A stretch of DNA of 64,000 bases from a virus. The DNA lies in IMG/VR virus record IMGVR_UViG_3300027754_005988, positions 62,970 to 126,969 of that record; one strand, given 5' to 3'. The notes beneath the pieces are model-generated. The model was not told where the DNA came from. It saw only the letters and a program-made list of their open reading frames with translations, and made no database searches. Shown one piece after another: positions 40,662-49,853 of this stretch. Numbering within the stretch: position 1 is the stretch's first letter; each line of letters begins with the position of its first letter. The position numbers and the translations under genes are program-made.

Positions 40662-41272
40662 TGATTATTGATGGAGAAAAATATAAATTACCTAATAACA
40701 ATTTTTTACAAATTGAAAATGTTAAAAAGCAAATAGTTATCGGCCACACATTTAACCGTGATATGAGACATTTTCATGGTTGGATTCATAGGCATAGTAA
40801 TAAGTATCTTAAAACAGCTGCATTCACAATTGATGCGGCTGGTGTTATTTATAAGCATTTTGAACCAAAGTATCAATCAAAATACTTTAACGATTTAAAT
40901 TTAGATAGTAAATCAATTGTTATTTTATTAGAAAATGAGGGTTGGTTGGTAAAAGATATTTCAAAAAATAGATATATTAATTGGGTTGGAGATATTTATA
41001 AAAAACCAAACGAGGTTATTGAAAAAAAATGGAGAGGTTATAGTTATTGGGCACCTTATTCTAATGAACAAATTGAATCAAGCAAATTTTTGGTTAAGAT
41101 GTTATGTGAAGAGTTTAATATTACTATGACATCTGTTATGCATAATACTAAAATAGATAGCTTTAATGGTTATGAAGGTGTTATTTATAAAAGTAATTTA
41201 GAAAAACAATACACAGATTTATCGCCAGCATGGGATTGTGCAATATTTAAAGAAAAAATTGAGAATGACTAA
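40661..41272 (+). CDS. N-acetylmuramoyl-L-alanine amidase-like protein (Amidase_2 fold, atypical metal site)
   Basis: IVIGHT, AAFTIDAAGVI, SIVILLEN, YSNEQIESSKFLV, VMHN, TDLSP pattern. Confidence 0.65.
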   Translation: MIIDGEKYKLPNNNFLQIENVKKQIVIGHTFNRDMRHFHGWIHRHSNKYLKTAAFTIDAAGVIYKHFEPKYQSKYFNDLNLDSKSIVILLENEGWLVKDISKNRYINWVGDIYKKPNEVIEKKWRGYSYWAPYSNEQIESSKFLVKMLCEEFNITMTSVMHNTKIDSFNGYEGVIYKSNLEKQYTDLSPAWDCAIFKEKIEND

Positions 41273-41292
41273 CAAATAAATAAATAAAAATT

Positions 41293-41835
41293 ATGAAAGA
41301 GAATATAAACGAACATGACAAAACAAAAGAGATGATGGATATCATTAGGAATGGGTTTAAATCTAAACTTATTAAAGAAGCTGATGAATTACCACAAACT
41401 ATTAATCAAGAACCAACAATGGAAGCTGGTGATGATTTACCAGAAGAAGATAATCAAGAAGATACTATAGTTGCGTCTGATGACATAAAAAACCAAGAAT
41501 TAAAAAAATTGGCAGATACTATCGACCCAAGAGTTGAAATAACTGATTTAATAATATATCCTTATGATTCTAACGTTAGAATGGAAGGTATAATAATGAA
41601 AGGTGGGGAAATAACTAGTTATACTTCTGAAGCTAGAAAATATTCAGGTCTTTATTTTCAATTTGATATTAATGATGGTTATAAAGAACCAGAATTGATT
41701 AATTTAAAAGGTGATGTTAAAGTAACTGAAATACTTAAAAAAATACCTGGTGTTTATGATGTATGGAGAGATTATTGGGTTGAAGAATTAAACACAAATA
41801 ATGATTACAAACCTGCAAAAGAAGAGGGCGAATAA
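41293..41835 (+). CDS. Acidic putative internal head protein
   Basis: NINE and LIKE motifs in the N-terminus; late gene context. Confidence 0.55.
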   Translation: MKENINEHDKTKEMMDIIRNGFKSKLIKEADELPQTINQEPTMEAGDDLPEEDNQEDTIVASDDIKNQELKKLADTIDPRVEITDLIIYPYDSNVRMEGIIMKGGEITSYTSEARKYSGLYFQFDINDGYKEPELINLKGDVKVTEILKKIPGVYDVWRDYWVEELNTNNDYKPAKEEGE

Positions 41836-41838
41836 GAT

Positions 41839-42219
41839 ATGAAATTAGATGTTAAAAATATACTTATAGTAATCCTAGGTGGCTGTTTAATAATAAGTTT
41901 CATGTTAGGTAAGAAAATAGTAACAGATGAAGCTGAAAGTAAAATAAAACTATTGCATGAAGCTAACAAAGATTTACTTGAAGATAATGATAGGCTATTT
42001 TCAATAATTATTGAAAAAGATATTGAAATTGAAAAAACAAATAAATTATTGGAAGTTAATAATAATGAATTAGAAAAATCAAGAATAGAAATAAAAAGAC
42101 TAAAAAATGAAAAAAACAAAATTTACCCTATTACTAAGCGCATGTCTGCTGATAACGTTGCAATCACTTTCTCAAAATATCTCGATAAAAGAACCGAGGG
42201 TAAAGACATCTGCAAATAA
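41839..42219 (+). CDS. Membrane-anchored coiled-coil protein (i-spanin-like)
   Basis: Single N-terminal TM ILIVILGGCLIISFML followed by a coiled coil. Confidence 0.6.
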   Translation: MKLDVKNILIVILGGCLIISFMLGKKIVTDEAESKIKLLHEANKDLLEDNDRLFSIIIEKDIEIEKTNKLLEVNNNELEKSRIEIKRLKNEKNKIYPITKRMSADNVAITFSKYLDKRTEGKDICK

Positions 42220-42571
42220 TAGCGATACTTTAATATTGATTAAATTATTTGATGCTAAAATTATATTAGCTGATGTATTAGAAAGAGAAATTTTAGATAG
42301 TTTGGTAACAGCTTACCAAGTGAGTGATTCTTTAAAAGATGTTGCTATTGAATTGCATAATAATAAGTTTAAAGCTTCAGAAGCTAAATGTAATAATCAA
42401 GTTAAGATTATCGATAACATGAATAGTATCATTGTAAACAATGGTGAGGAGATTGGAATTCTAAATGATACAATTGAAAAACAAAAAAAAGAAATAAAAA
42501 AACAAAAGTTTTTAAAAATAATAGGCTTCGCAGCTGCAATTGTGATACCGATAACAATGTTAATATTATAA
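42107..42571 (+). CDS. Exported coiled-coil protein with C-terminal TM (spanin-like), overlapping the previous gene by 113 nt
   Basis: MKKTKFTLLLSAC signal/lipobox-like start; C-terminal IIGFAAAIVIPITMLIL. Confidence 0.6.
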   Translation: MKKTKFTLLLSACLLITLQSLSQNISIKEPRVKTSANNSDTLILIKLFDAKIILADVLEREILDSLVTAYQVSDSLKDVAIELHNNKFKASEAKCNNQVKIIDNMNSIIVNNGEEIGILNDTIEKQKKEIKKQKFLKIIGFAAAIVIPITMLIL

Positions 42572-42575
42572 AAAA

Positions 42576-43211
42576 ATGGGAAGCAATCACATGAGTGAAC
42601 AATTCAATGACTCAAAAATAAAAGAAAAGAAATCAAAAGCATCAAAAGAAGATGTAATTTATTCTTTTGAAAAAAAGAATGAGATACCAATGTATGACCC
42701 TCAAACTGGTGAGCCTAATTATGAATATGAAAAATTAACTGGGAAACCAAACCCTTTGATTTATAAAAAGATAACTTCTAAAAGTGATTATTTACTTCCT
42801 AGGGATTTCCAAATTAAACAGAAAAATAGGTTTTTAGTTCATTTACCAGAAAGTTTTAATATAAAACCATGGTTTATTCGTTCAATCTCAAGCCCTAAAT
42901 TTAAAAATAAAGAATATACTTTTTTAGGTTTTAAATATGCTAGCTCAAAAACTATTGAACCAACAAAAATACAAATCAATGATAATGTTACTTCAAATGT
43001 TAATCAAAAACTTATGATGGTTTTTAACACTATGAGTAGATTTGATTTTGAATTAGAGGTAATAGACCCAGCTGGTGTTCTACTTGAAAAATGGAAATAT
43101 GTTGATTGTATTATTGAAGAAATTAATTTTGGTGATTTTAGCTATGCAGATTCTGATTTATTAACCATAAATATGGTTATTCAGGCCAATGACATTATAT
43201 TATTATTATAA
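42576..43211 (+). CDS. Tail-tube (gp19-like) paralogue
   Basis: QKNRFLV...WFIRSISSP...LEVIDPAGVLLEKW...INFGDFSYADSD pattern. Confidence 0.6.
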   Translation: MGSNHMSEQFNDSKIKEKKSKASKEDVIYSFEKKNEIPMYDPQTGEPNYEYEKLTGKPNPLIYKKITSKSDYLLPRDFQIKQKNRFLVHLPESFNIKPWFIRSISSPKFKNKEYTFLGFKYASSKTIEPTKIQINDNVTSNVNQKLMMVFNTMSRFDFELEVIDPAGVLLEKWKYVDCIIEEINFGDFSYADSDLLTINMVIQANDIILLL

Positions 43212-43233
43212 GATAATAAACCTTTGTGAAATT

Positions 43234-43255
43234 AAGCCCTATATGGGCTTTTTTT
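43234..43255 (+). terminator. Intrinsic terminator
   Basis: AAGCCC-TATAT-GGGCTT-TTTTT. Confidence 0.8.
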
Positions 43256-43268
43256 AGTTTACATGATA

Positions 43269-43275
43269 TATTTAT
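43269..43275 (+). promoter_or_regulatory. Putative late promoter motif TATTTAT
   Basis: 12 nt upstream of ATG 43288. Confidence 0.55.
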
Positions 43276-43287
43276 ATATAAAAAGAA

Positions 43288-43542
43288 ATGAAACCTAACA
43301 ATACTAAAAATATTAACGAAGATTTGACCAAATCTGATGTATCCAAAGAAATAAAAGGATATATCGATACAAAAGAATTCAAATCTAAAATTGAAAAAAT
43401 TGTTAAAGATAAACTTAAAGATGATAAGGAATTGGAAGATAAGGTGGTAGAGATTACTAAAAATGTCATATCTAGTTTATATAAAACACTTTGGGATAAA
43501 AGAAGTCTTTGGAAAAATAACTTAAGCAATAAAAATAATTAA
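43288..43542 (+). CDS. Small putative head-associated protein (84 aa)
   Basis: NINE|DLTKSDV; late motif upstream. Confidence 0.65.
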   Translation: MKPNNTKNINEDLTKSDVSKEIKGYIDTKEFKSKIEKIVKDKLKDDKELEDKVVEITKNVISSLYKTLWDKRSLWKNNLSNKNN

Positions 43543-43545
43543 AAC

Positions 43546-45267
43546 ATGAAAAAAATAAAAATCACTGAAAAACAGGCTCAACTATTAGGTTTAATTAAAA
43601 AACCGTTAACTGAAGGTGTTAAGAATAAACTTAAGATTACCCAAGAACAATATGATAGAATATTTGGTAGAGCAATAAATGAAGCTATGTTTTCACCAGA
43701 AGTTAATATAAGAGGTGGTGAGGCTAGAAACGATAAATCATTTAAAAAAAGCTTTCCAACCAACAGTGATGTTTTAAATTTAAACCCTATTGGTGAAGAA
43801 GAAGAAGGAACACCTCTTAACATCAAAAAACCAAACAAATCAGGTAACCCTAAAATACCTGCTGATATTCAAACTTTCAATAAACCAATATTTGAAAATG
43901 AATCAAACACACATGACGAATTAAAAGGGTTAATTGAAAGACTTTACGGTAAGTCTAAAGAACTTTCACCATTTTGGGAACAAAATGGTTTAACATATGA
44001 TAAAATATGCTTAGAATTGCTTAAAAACAATCCACCACTTATTAAAAGTACTGGTGATGAAACATATGTTATAACAAAAGCTATTGGTGATAAAGATGCA
44101 ACACTTAAAGCAATTGAAGATAAATTAGTATCTATTATAAAACCAAAAGAAGAAGCTTTAGATGAAATTGATACATTTGATTACTTATCGGATAATCCAG
44201 TTAATGAACCAGAAGATGAATATAGTGATAGAACAATAACTAAAGAATCTGGATTTGAAACATTAGCATTTAATCGTGATATTGCTATCTTAAAAAGTAA
44301 AAAAGGCGATTTGATTCTATTCAATTATAGTCATTTAACAGCTGACGATGAAAAAGGTTTTAGAGAAATAGCTATGGATTTAGGTAAAGTAACTAAAAAA
44401 TATGTTGGCACTTATCAAGGAGCGCCTGACTTTGATTATGGTGATTTTGAAATTGATAAAGAAATCATTTCTGCTTATGTAGATAAAAATATGGGTAAGT
44501 TAACAAAAGGTGTTGGTGTTGATGGGTTAATGGATGGTGACGAAATCATATCTATTAATGATGAATTAAAAAATAAAATATTAGAATTATATTGGCTTGA
44601 TGGAGAGATAAAAGGAGCTTTAGGTAGTGAACAATTAAAAGAAGAAGATAAGATAGACCCAACAAGAGAAAGAATTAAAAGAGACATGGCTGCTGGTTTT
44701 GTTCAAAAACCTGATTATGTTGAAAAATCTGATGAAGAAAAATTGGCCGCACTTAAAAGACTTAGAGCTAAAGAACTTGAGAGAAGAAAAGAAACTGGGG
44801 AATTAGAAGAAACTTCACTAGGTGGTGGGGCTATGGGTGGTACAAGTACTAGTCATGTTTTTGGGTCACCAGGAAATCAACCAGTTGGTAAATTTGGAGA
44901 ACCACTTAAAAGAACATTTAAAGAAGGCGTTGAAGATTCTGTTGGTCAATATACTGCACCAGCAATTAAAATGAAAAAAAACCATACTGATTTTGCTGAA
45001 ACAAACCCAAAAGCTTTTCAGAAGACTCAATGGGCTGATGGTGGTTTTGTAGAATTTGATGATTGTACAAAATTAAACAATAAACCAGCTGGTTCTGGTT
45101 GTAGTGCTGGCGCTATTGATAATGTTGTTAAGATTAAAAAAACAAAAGGAAATATTAACGCACCATCATTATCTGAGAATAAAATATATAAAACAATAGC
45201 TGAACAGACTGGCAAGTCAATTTATGAAATAAAAAGAATAATTAAAGCAAAAAACAATAAAGCCTAA
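43546..45267 (+). CDS. Putative internal head protein (573 aa)
   Basis: Many (I/L/F)-x-E motifs (KITE, PLTE, AINE, QLKE, PSLSE); charged and low in Cys. Confidence 0.6.
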   Translation: MKKIKITEKQAQLLGLIKKPLTEGVKNKLKITQEQYDRIFGRAINEAMFSPEVNIRGGEARNDKSFKKSFPTNSDVLNLNPIGEEEEGTPLNIKKPNKSGNPKIPADIQTFNKPIFENESNTHDELKGLIERLYGKSKELSPFWEQNGLTYDKICLELLKNNPPLIKSTGDETYVITKAIGDKDATLKAIEDKLVSIIKPKEEALDEIDTFDYLSDNPVNEPEDEYSDRTITKESGFETLAFNRDIAILKSKKGDLILFNYSHLTADDEKGFREIAMDLGKVTKKYVGTYQGAPDFDYGDFEIDKEIISAYVDKNMGKLTKGVGVDGLMDGDEIISINDELKNKILELYWLDGEIKGALGSEQLKEEDKIDPTRERIKRDMAAGFVQKPDYVEKSDEEKLAALKRLRAKELERRKETGELEETSLGGGAMGGTSTSHVFGSPGNQPVGKFGEPLKRTFKEGVEDSVGQYTAPAIKMKKNHTDFAETNPKAFQKTQWADGGFVEFDDCTKLNNKPAGSGCSAGAIDNVVKIKKTKGNINAPSLSENKIYKTIAEQTGKSIYEIKRIIKAKNNKA

Positions 45268-45288
45268 CAACTTTATTAAAAAATTATA

Positions 45289-45295
45289 TATTTAT
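45289..45295 (+). promoter_or_regulatory. Putative late promoter motif TATTTAT
   Basis: 16 nt upstream of ATG 45312. Confidence 0.55.
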
Positions 45296-45311
45296 AATAA
45301 AACCTATAAAA

Positions 45312-47483
45312 ATGGATAAAAATAAAATAAAAAAATACTTAACCACTAAGTTTATTTCTGAAGAGACTACTCCTGGTATTAGTGTTACTGCTTCTGCTAG
45401 AAAAAAATCTGGGGAATCAAACAAAAAAGGTGTTAAAGATATTGATAAGAACTTAAGTGATTATGAAAAATCTTTAGAAAAAGGTATGGAAACAACAAAA
45501 ACTCCTAATAAATTTAATTATGAGGATAAATTTGAAGAAACATACCATAATGAGATGGAAATCATGAATGGTCAAGAGATGGTTCAGTATGATAGCAAAC
45601 CTAGCGCTTTATTTAGTGAAAGAGCTGAAGAAGCAATCGTTGGTTCATCTAGAATGGGTAACAATCCAGAATGGGCTAATGTTATGCCAGAACAACAAGG
45701 ATTCGTTGGACCTGATTTTGGTAAAAACTTAGTAAAAAACATAAAAGCTTCTGTTGAAAAAAGAAATGACCAAACACCTACACTTAACTTAAGAGGTAGG
45801 GATATACAAGCTGATATTAAAGATTCTGGAAACAGACCTTATGCTTTACAAGAAAATAATAATAACAATAAAAATAATAATAATATGGAAAAAAATAAAG
45901 TTAATGAATTAACAAAAGGATTTGTTAATAAAGTACGTGATGCTGCTGTGGATAAAAGAGACAATACTCCAAGTGAAGACCCATTCACAAAAAATAGATT
46001 GAGTTTAGGTATCAGAAACTTAGGTGGATATATGAATCCAGAGATTAAAGCGTATGTTGAAAAATTAGGTGGTGAAATTAGTGAAGATTCTAAATCTGGT
46101 CAAATAGTTATAAAGTTCCATTCTGAAGGCGGTAATGCTAATTACATTTTTATTCTGATAACAGCTGATAGAGCTGAATTTAAAAACGGAGCACTTACAG
46201 ACTTAAATCAAAATGTGCAAAGATTATTACCAAAACTTATCAAAAAAATTCAAGATGATTTTAATAGTCAAAATGATAACCAATCTGAAATAAAAGAATC
46301 AATGAAAAGACTTAAATTTAAAAATCCATTTAATGGTGTTGGAAACGCACTTAAAATGATACCAGAGTCATATAGAGTAGATAACAAACAATTCGAAATG
46401 ACTGATGGTAATGAATCATATAAAATACGTTGGGAAGGTAACTTAACCGAAGGTAGAGCTGTTGTTCTTATGGCATCTGATAAAAATCTAGTTAACGAAG
46501 ATATGGCACATATGAAACATCTTATGGGTTACAAATCTAACGAAACTTTAGGACTTGTAAAAGGTAAATCAAGAATTGATGAAAATGCTGTATTTGGTGA
46601 TATCTATAACAAAACAAAAGCTTTATTAGAAGGTGAAGATATCGAAAGTGTAAAAGTAAAAACTGGAAACTTTGCTGATGTTAAGAAAAAAGCACCTGAA
46701 GCAACTAAACATGTACAAGGAAAAGTATCTAAAGATAAAATGGAAGCTAGTGCTAAAGAAGGTGATTTAGATGATGCTGTATCACATGCACCAGAAGCTA
46801 AAAAACACGTTGCTGGTTCAGTATCTAAAGATAAAGGAACAAAAGCACCAGCTGCAAAAACTGGAAACTGGAGTGATGTTAAGAAAAAAGCTGCTGAAGC
46901 AACTAAACATGTAACGATGAAAGAATCTTTCAATGCTGAAGAAGAAAATGAAGAAGAAGTAACAACTGAAAACGTTGAAGCTTCAGAATCAAGCGCTAAA
47001 GGTGTTAAAAAAGGTGAATGGGATAAAATAAAAGTTCCTCATGCTGCTGAAGCAAAAAAACATATCCACATGGGTAAAGAATCTAAAGCTAAAGTAGAGA
47101 CTGAAGCCAAAGAAGAAATGAACGAAGGTATTACCATTAACGGTATTAGATTTGAACCAATAAATGAAGGTATGTATGAAGAAGGTATGTATGAAGAAGG
47201 TATTGGCGAACAATATTATGTTGCTATAGAAGATATGGATGAGCCAGGAGAAGCAAATGCTCACATAGTTTCATCTAATGATGTTCATGAATATGAACAA
47301 AATGGTTGGGATTTAAGAGGACCTTTTTCTGAAGAAGAAGCTAATAAATACTTAGATAAAATACACCAATCTAATAGAGATTTTAGATATTATGATTCTA
47401 TGGATGATAGAGAAGGTAAATCAAACCTTTATATCGACCCATTAGATAAATTTGAAAAAGGTGGATTAGATACTAATTGGTAG
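45312..47483 (+). CDS. Putative internal head protein with internal repeats (723 aa)
   Basis: FISE, ALQE, EIKE, NLTE, ALLE, PINE motifs; four ~33-aa repeats. Confidence 0.62.
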   Translation: MDKNKIKKYLTTKFISEETTPGISVTASARKKSGESNKKGVKDIDKNLSDYEKSLEKGMETTKTPNKFNYEDKFEETYHNEMEIMNGQEMVQYDSKPSALFSERAEEAIVGSSRMGNNPEWANVMPEQQGFVGPDFGKNLVKNIKASVEKRNDQTPTLNLRGRDIQADIKDSGNRPYALQENNNNNKNNNNMEKNKVNELTKGFVNKVRDAAVDKRDNTPSEDPFTKNRLSLGIRNLGGYMNPEIKAYVEKLGGEISEDSKSGQIVIKFHSEGGNANYIFILITADRAEFKNGALTDLNQNVQRLLPKLIKKIQDDFNSQNDNQSEIKESMKRLKFKNPFNGVGNALKMIPESYRVDNKQFEMTDGNESYKIRWEGNLTEGRAVVLMASDKNLVNEDMAHMKHLMGYKSNETLGLVKGKSRIDENAVFGDIYNKTKALLEGEDIESVKVKTGNFADVKKKAPEATKHVQGKVSKDKMEASAKEGDLDDAVSHAPEAKKHVAGSVSKDKGTKAPAAKTGNWSDVKKKAAEATKHVTMKESFNAEEENEEEVTTENVEASESSAKGVKKGEWDKIKVPHAAEAKKHIHMGKESKAKVETEAKEEMNEGITINGIRFEPINEGMYEEGMYEEGIGEQYYVAIEDMDEPGEANAHIVSSNDVHEYEQNGWDLRGPFSEEEANKYLDKIHQSNRDFRYYDSMDDREGKSNLYIDPLDKFEKGGLDTNW
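46659..47072 (+). repeat. Four copies of a K/A/E-rich ~20-33-aa repeat (KTGNxxDVKKKAxEAxKHV type)
   Basis: 46659-46715 and 46857-46913 are 51/57 nt identical; diverged copies between them and at ~47001-47072. Confidence 0.85.
47166..47203 (+). repeat. 15-bp tandem repeat GAAGGTATGTATGAA x2.5 (EGMYE)
   Basis: Exact copies 47166-47180 and 47181-47195 plus partial GAAGGTAT. Confidence 0.9.
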
Positions 47484-47504
47484 TAAAATAATGAAACAAT
47501 AAAT

Positions 47505-47536
47505 AAAAAAAGAGATATTTGATATATCTCTTTTTT
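47505..47536. terminator. Intrinsic terminator (bidirectional shape)
   Basis: AAAAAAAGAGATAT-TTGAT-ATATCTCTTTTTT. Confidence 0.8.
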
Positions 47537-47548
47537 ATTTAGTTTAAA

Positions 47549-47555
47549 TATTTAT
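47549..47555 (+). promoter_or_regulatory. Putative late promoter motif TATTTAT
   Basis: 4 nt upstream of ATG 47560. Confidence 0.55.
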
Positions 47556-47559
47556 TAAT

Positions 47560-48576
47560 ATGAAAGATTTGATAAAAAAACTACTAAGGGAGAATACAAA
47601 CCAATTAAAATTTAATAAAATTGAAGTTGAGTTATTTACTAGTTCAGAAGGAACAAGTACTGATTATGAATCTGGTTCTAGTTCTAGTTCTAGTTATTCA
47701 ACACCTAAAGATAAACGTGTTAAAATAAGAATAACACCAATTATTGATTTGACGCATAAATATGACCGAAATAAATCTCAAGCTGTTACTAAACATGGTG
47801 AAGAATATGATGATTTTTTTGATTATGATAATATCGATTTAAGTGGTATTGTAAAATTTTATAGTAGTGATAATGGTGCTAATACTGTAGTATTATGTCA
47901 AGAAGGTATATTAACATATGAAATTGATAGTGATGCTGATTGTGATGGTAGTTCATATATTTTTACAGGTAATTTTATTCCTCATAGTAAAATCAGTGAA
48001 TGGGAAAAAATAAAAGAATTTATTAAACCTAGGTTAAAACAAAGTGATATTAATGATGCGATAAGAACTATTGGTAAAGAAAAAGAATTTTGTAAAGTAA
48101 CTAATTATACTGGAAAATACAATCAAAATAGCGCTTGTGACTATTTAAAAAAATTAAAAAAAGAAAATAAAATTGATTCGTTTTCACCATTAGCTGATTC
48201 ATGGGATTGTAGCAAAAGAACTATCATAAAAATAAATGGTAAATATGGGGTAGGTTATGTCAGAAATAATACATATGTATTAATAACAATGATACCATAT
48301 ATACATGATAAATATGAATATAACGAAAAAACCAAAGAATTAACTATGGTTAAAGGTGATATTAGTTATGTTTATGGTTATAAAAATGGTAAATTTGGAG
48401 TTGTTGATAAATTTAACCTTAAAGAAAAAAGAATGCAAGTAGATAAAAGCATAAAAATAATTGAAGATTTGTATCAAAGAAAAATTGATAAAAATGAATA
48501 TAAAGGTAGTTTCAGGCAATGGTTAAAAGATTATGGTCTTTATGATGATTACGATAATCTTTTAAAACAACTTTGA
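47560..48576 (+). CDS. Putative head-packaged cargo protein with WG-repeat-like motifs
   Basis: MKDLIKKLLRE leader; INGKYGVGYV and KNGKFGVVD motifs. Confidence 0.55.
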   Translation: MKDLIKKLLRENTNQLKFNKIEVELFTSSEGTSTDYESGSSSSSSYSTPKDKRVKIRITPIIDLTHKYDRNKSQAVTKHGEEYDDFFDYDNIDLSGIVKFYSSDNGANTVVLCQEGILTYEIDSDADCDGSSYIFTGNFIPHSKISEWEKIKEFIKPRLKQSDINDAIRTIGKEKEFCKVTNYTGKYNQNSACDYLKKLKKENKIDSFSPLADSWDCSKRTIIKINGKYGVGYVRNNTYVLITMIPYIHDKYEYNEKTKELTMVKGDISYVYGYKNGKFGVVDKFNLKEKRMQVDKSIKIIEDLYQRKIDKNEYKGSFRQWLKDYGLYDDYDNLLKQL

Positions 48577-48590
48577 AAATAGAATATAAT

Positions 48591-48621
48591 AAAAAAGGTG
48601 CTCATAATGGGTACCTTTTTT
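48591..48621. terminator. Intrinsic terminator (bidirectional shape)
   Basis: AAAAAAGGTGCTCAT-A-ATGGGTACCTTTTTT. Confidence 0.8.
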
Positions 48622-48631
48622 ATTTTTAGGA

Positions 48632-48638
48632 TATTTAT
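48632..48638 (+). promoter_or_regulatory. Putative late promoter motif TATTTAT
   Basis: 31 nt upstream of the endolysin ATG. Confidence 0.5.
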
Positions 48639-48669
48639 ACTTAAATAACGTTTTTAAAAAAAATAAATT

Positions 48670-49281
48670 ATGAGTTTAATAAAATTACAAGAAAAGATTG
48701 GCGCTAAAGCCGATGGTTCATTTGGACCAGACACATTAAAAAAAGCAATGGCTTATTTTAAAATGACACCTGAAAGAGCTGCTCATTTTTTTGGTCAGAC
48801 TTCACATGAGACTGGTGGTTTCAGTACCTTTAGTGAAAATCTTAATTATTCAGCTGCTGGATTACAAACAACATTTGGTAAGTATTTCCCAGGAAATCTA
48901 GAAGAATCTTATGCTAGACAACCAGTTAAAATTGCGTCAAGAGTATATGCTGATAGAATGGGTAACGGAAATGAAGCATCACAAGAAGGTTGGAAATTTA
49001 GAGGTAGAGGAGCCTTACAAACAACAGGTAAAGATAATTACAAACAATTTTCTGAATACCTAAAAAATCCAGAGATATTGAATAACCCTGATTTAGTTGC
49101 AACTGATTTTGCTTTTGAATCAGCTATTTTTTATTTTGAAAAAAACAATCTTTGGAAATTAACTGATAAAGGTATTAATGATGCTGCTATTTTATCTGTT
49201 ACTAAAGCCATTAATGGTGGCACTAATGGGTTAGAAGATAGAAGCTCATTAACCAAAAGATATTATACTTGGTTAAAATAA
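48670..49281 (+). CDS. GH19 (chitinase-like) endolysin with short N-terminal PG-binding helix pair
   Basis: LQEKIG..ADGSFGPDT; AAHFFGQTSHETGGF, ENLNYS, FRGRGALQTTGKDNY, INGGTNGLEDR. Confidence 0.9.
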   Translation: MSLIKLQEKIGAKADGSFGPDTLKKAMAYFKMTPERAAHFFGQTSHETGGFSTFSENLNYSAAGLQTTFGKYFPGNLEESYARQPVKIASRVYADRMGNGNEASQEGWKFRGRGALQTTGKDNYKQFSEYLKNPEILNNPDLVATDFAFESAIFYFEKNNLWKLTDKGINDAAILSVTKAINGGTNGLEDRSSLTKRYYTWLK

Positions 49282-49323
49282 TATTTATTTTTTTTATGTT
49301 GATATTATATTAATATAAAAAAT

Positions 49324-49803
49324 ATGGTAATGAATAAAAAAAATAATAAACTTAATTTTTTGACTTATATAAACAGTCCAATGAGCAAAGAGAGTATTGA
49401 TGTACTCTATAATGCTAATAATATAAAGTATGAGAAATGCGAGCTATATAATGATTTCGTACAATCATTATTGATGCTTGCATTCGATACTTATATGGGT
49501 GATGATGTTACTGAATTAAAAGACCAAATAAAACACTTTAAATGGTGTTGGGATACTAATGTTTCTAATTTTAAAGGTGAAGGTGTTTCATTTGAAAGCG
49601 ATAAACTATATAGCTATTTTTTAGAATTCATGCTAGAGGTTTATTATTCTGCTGTAGATAAATCATTATTTGAGAAGGCAAACAAAAACGTTTTAATATT
49701 ATGGGATGATATATTCAACTATAATAAAATCAAAACAAATGCTGACATGGATACATTGTTAGAAATATATAAATTGTTTAACTCTGCGTTAAAAATAATA
49801 TAA
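49324..49803 (+). CDS. Hypothetical protein (159 aa)
   Basis: Clean ORF; no motif recognised. Confidence 0.75.
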   Translation: MVMNKKNNKLNFLTYINSPMSKESIDVLYNANNIKYEKCELYNDFVQSLLMLAFDTYMGDDVTELKDQIKHFKWCWDTNVSNFKGEGVSFESDKLYSYFLEFMLEVYYSAVDKSLFEKANKNVLILWDDIFNYNKIKTNADMDTLLEIYKLFNSALKII

Positions 49804-49817
49804 AAATACGTTATACT

Positions 49818-49848
49818 ATTGATTTTTATAAATAGTTTAGTATTTTTG
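49818..49848 (+). promoter_or_regulatory. Bacteroidota-type early promoter
   Basis: ATTG-N19-TATTTTTG. Confidence 0.65.
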
Positions 49849-49853
49849 TTGAT

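Noticed and set aside
42111-42117. Slippery heptamer A-AAA-AAC in the spanin-like overlap as a -1 frameshift fusing the two ORFs
   Set aside because: The downstream ORF (42107) is in the +1 frame relative to 41839, so a -1 shift would not join them.
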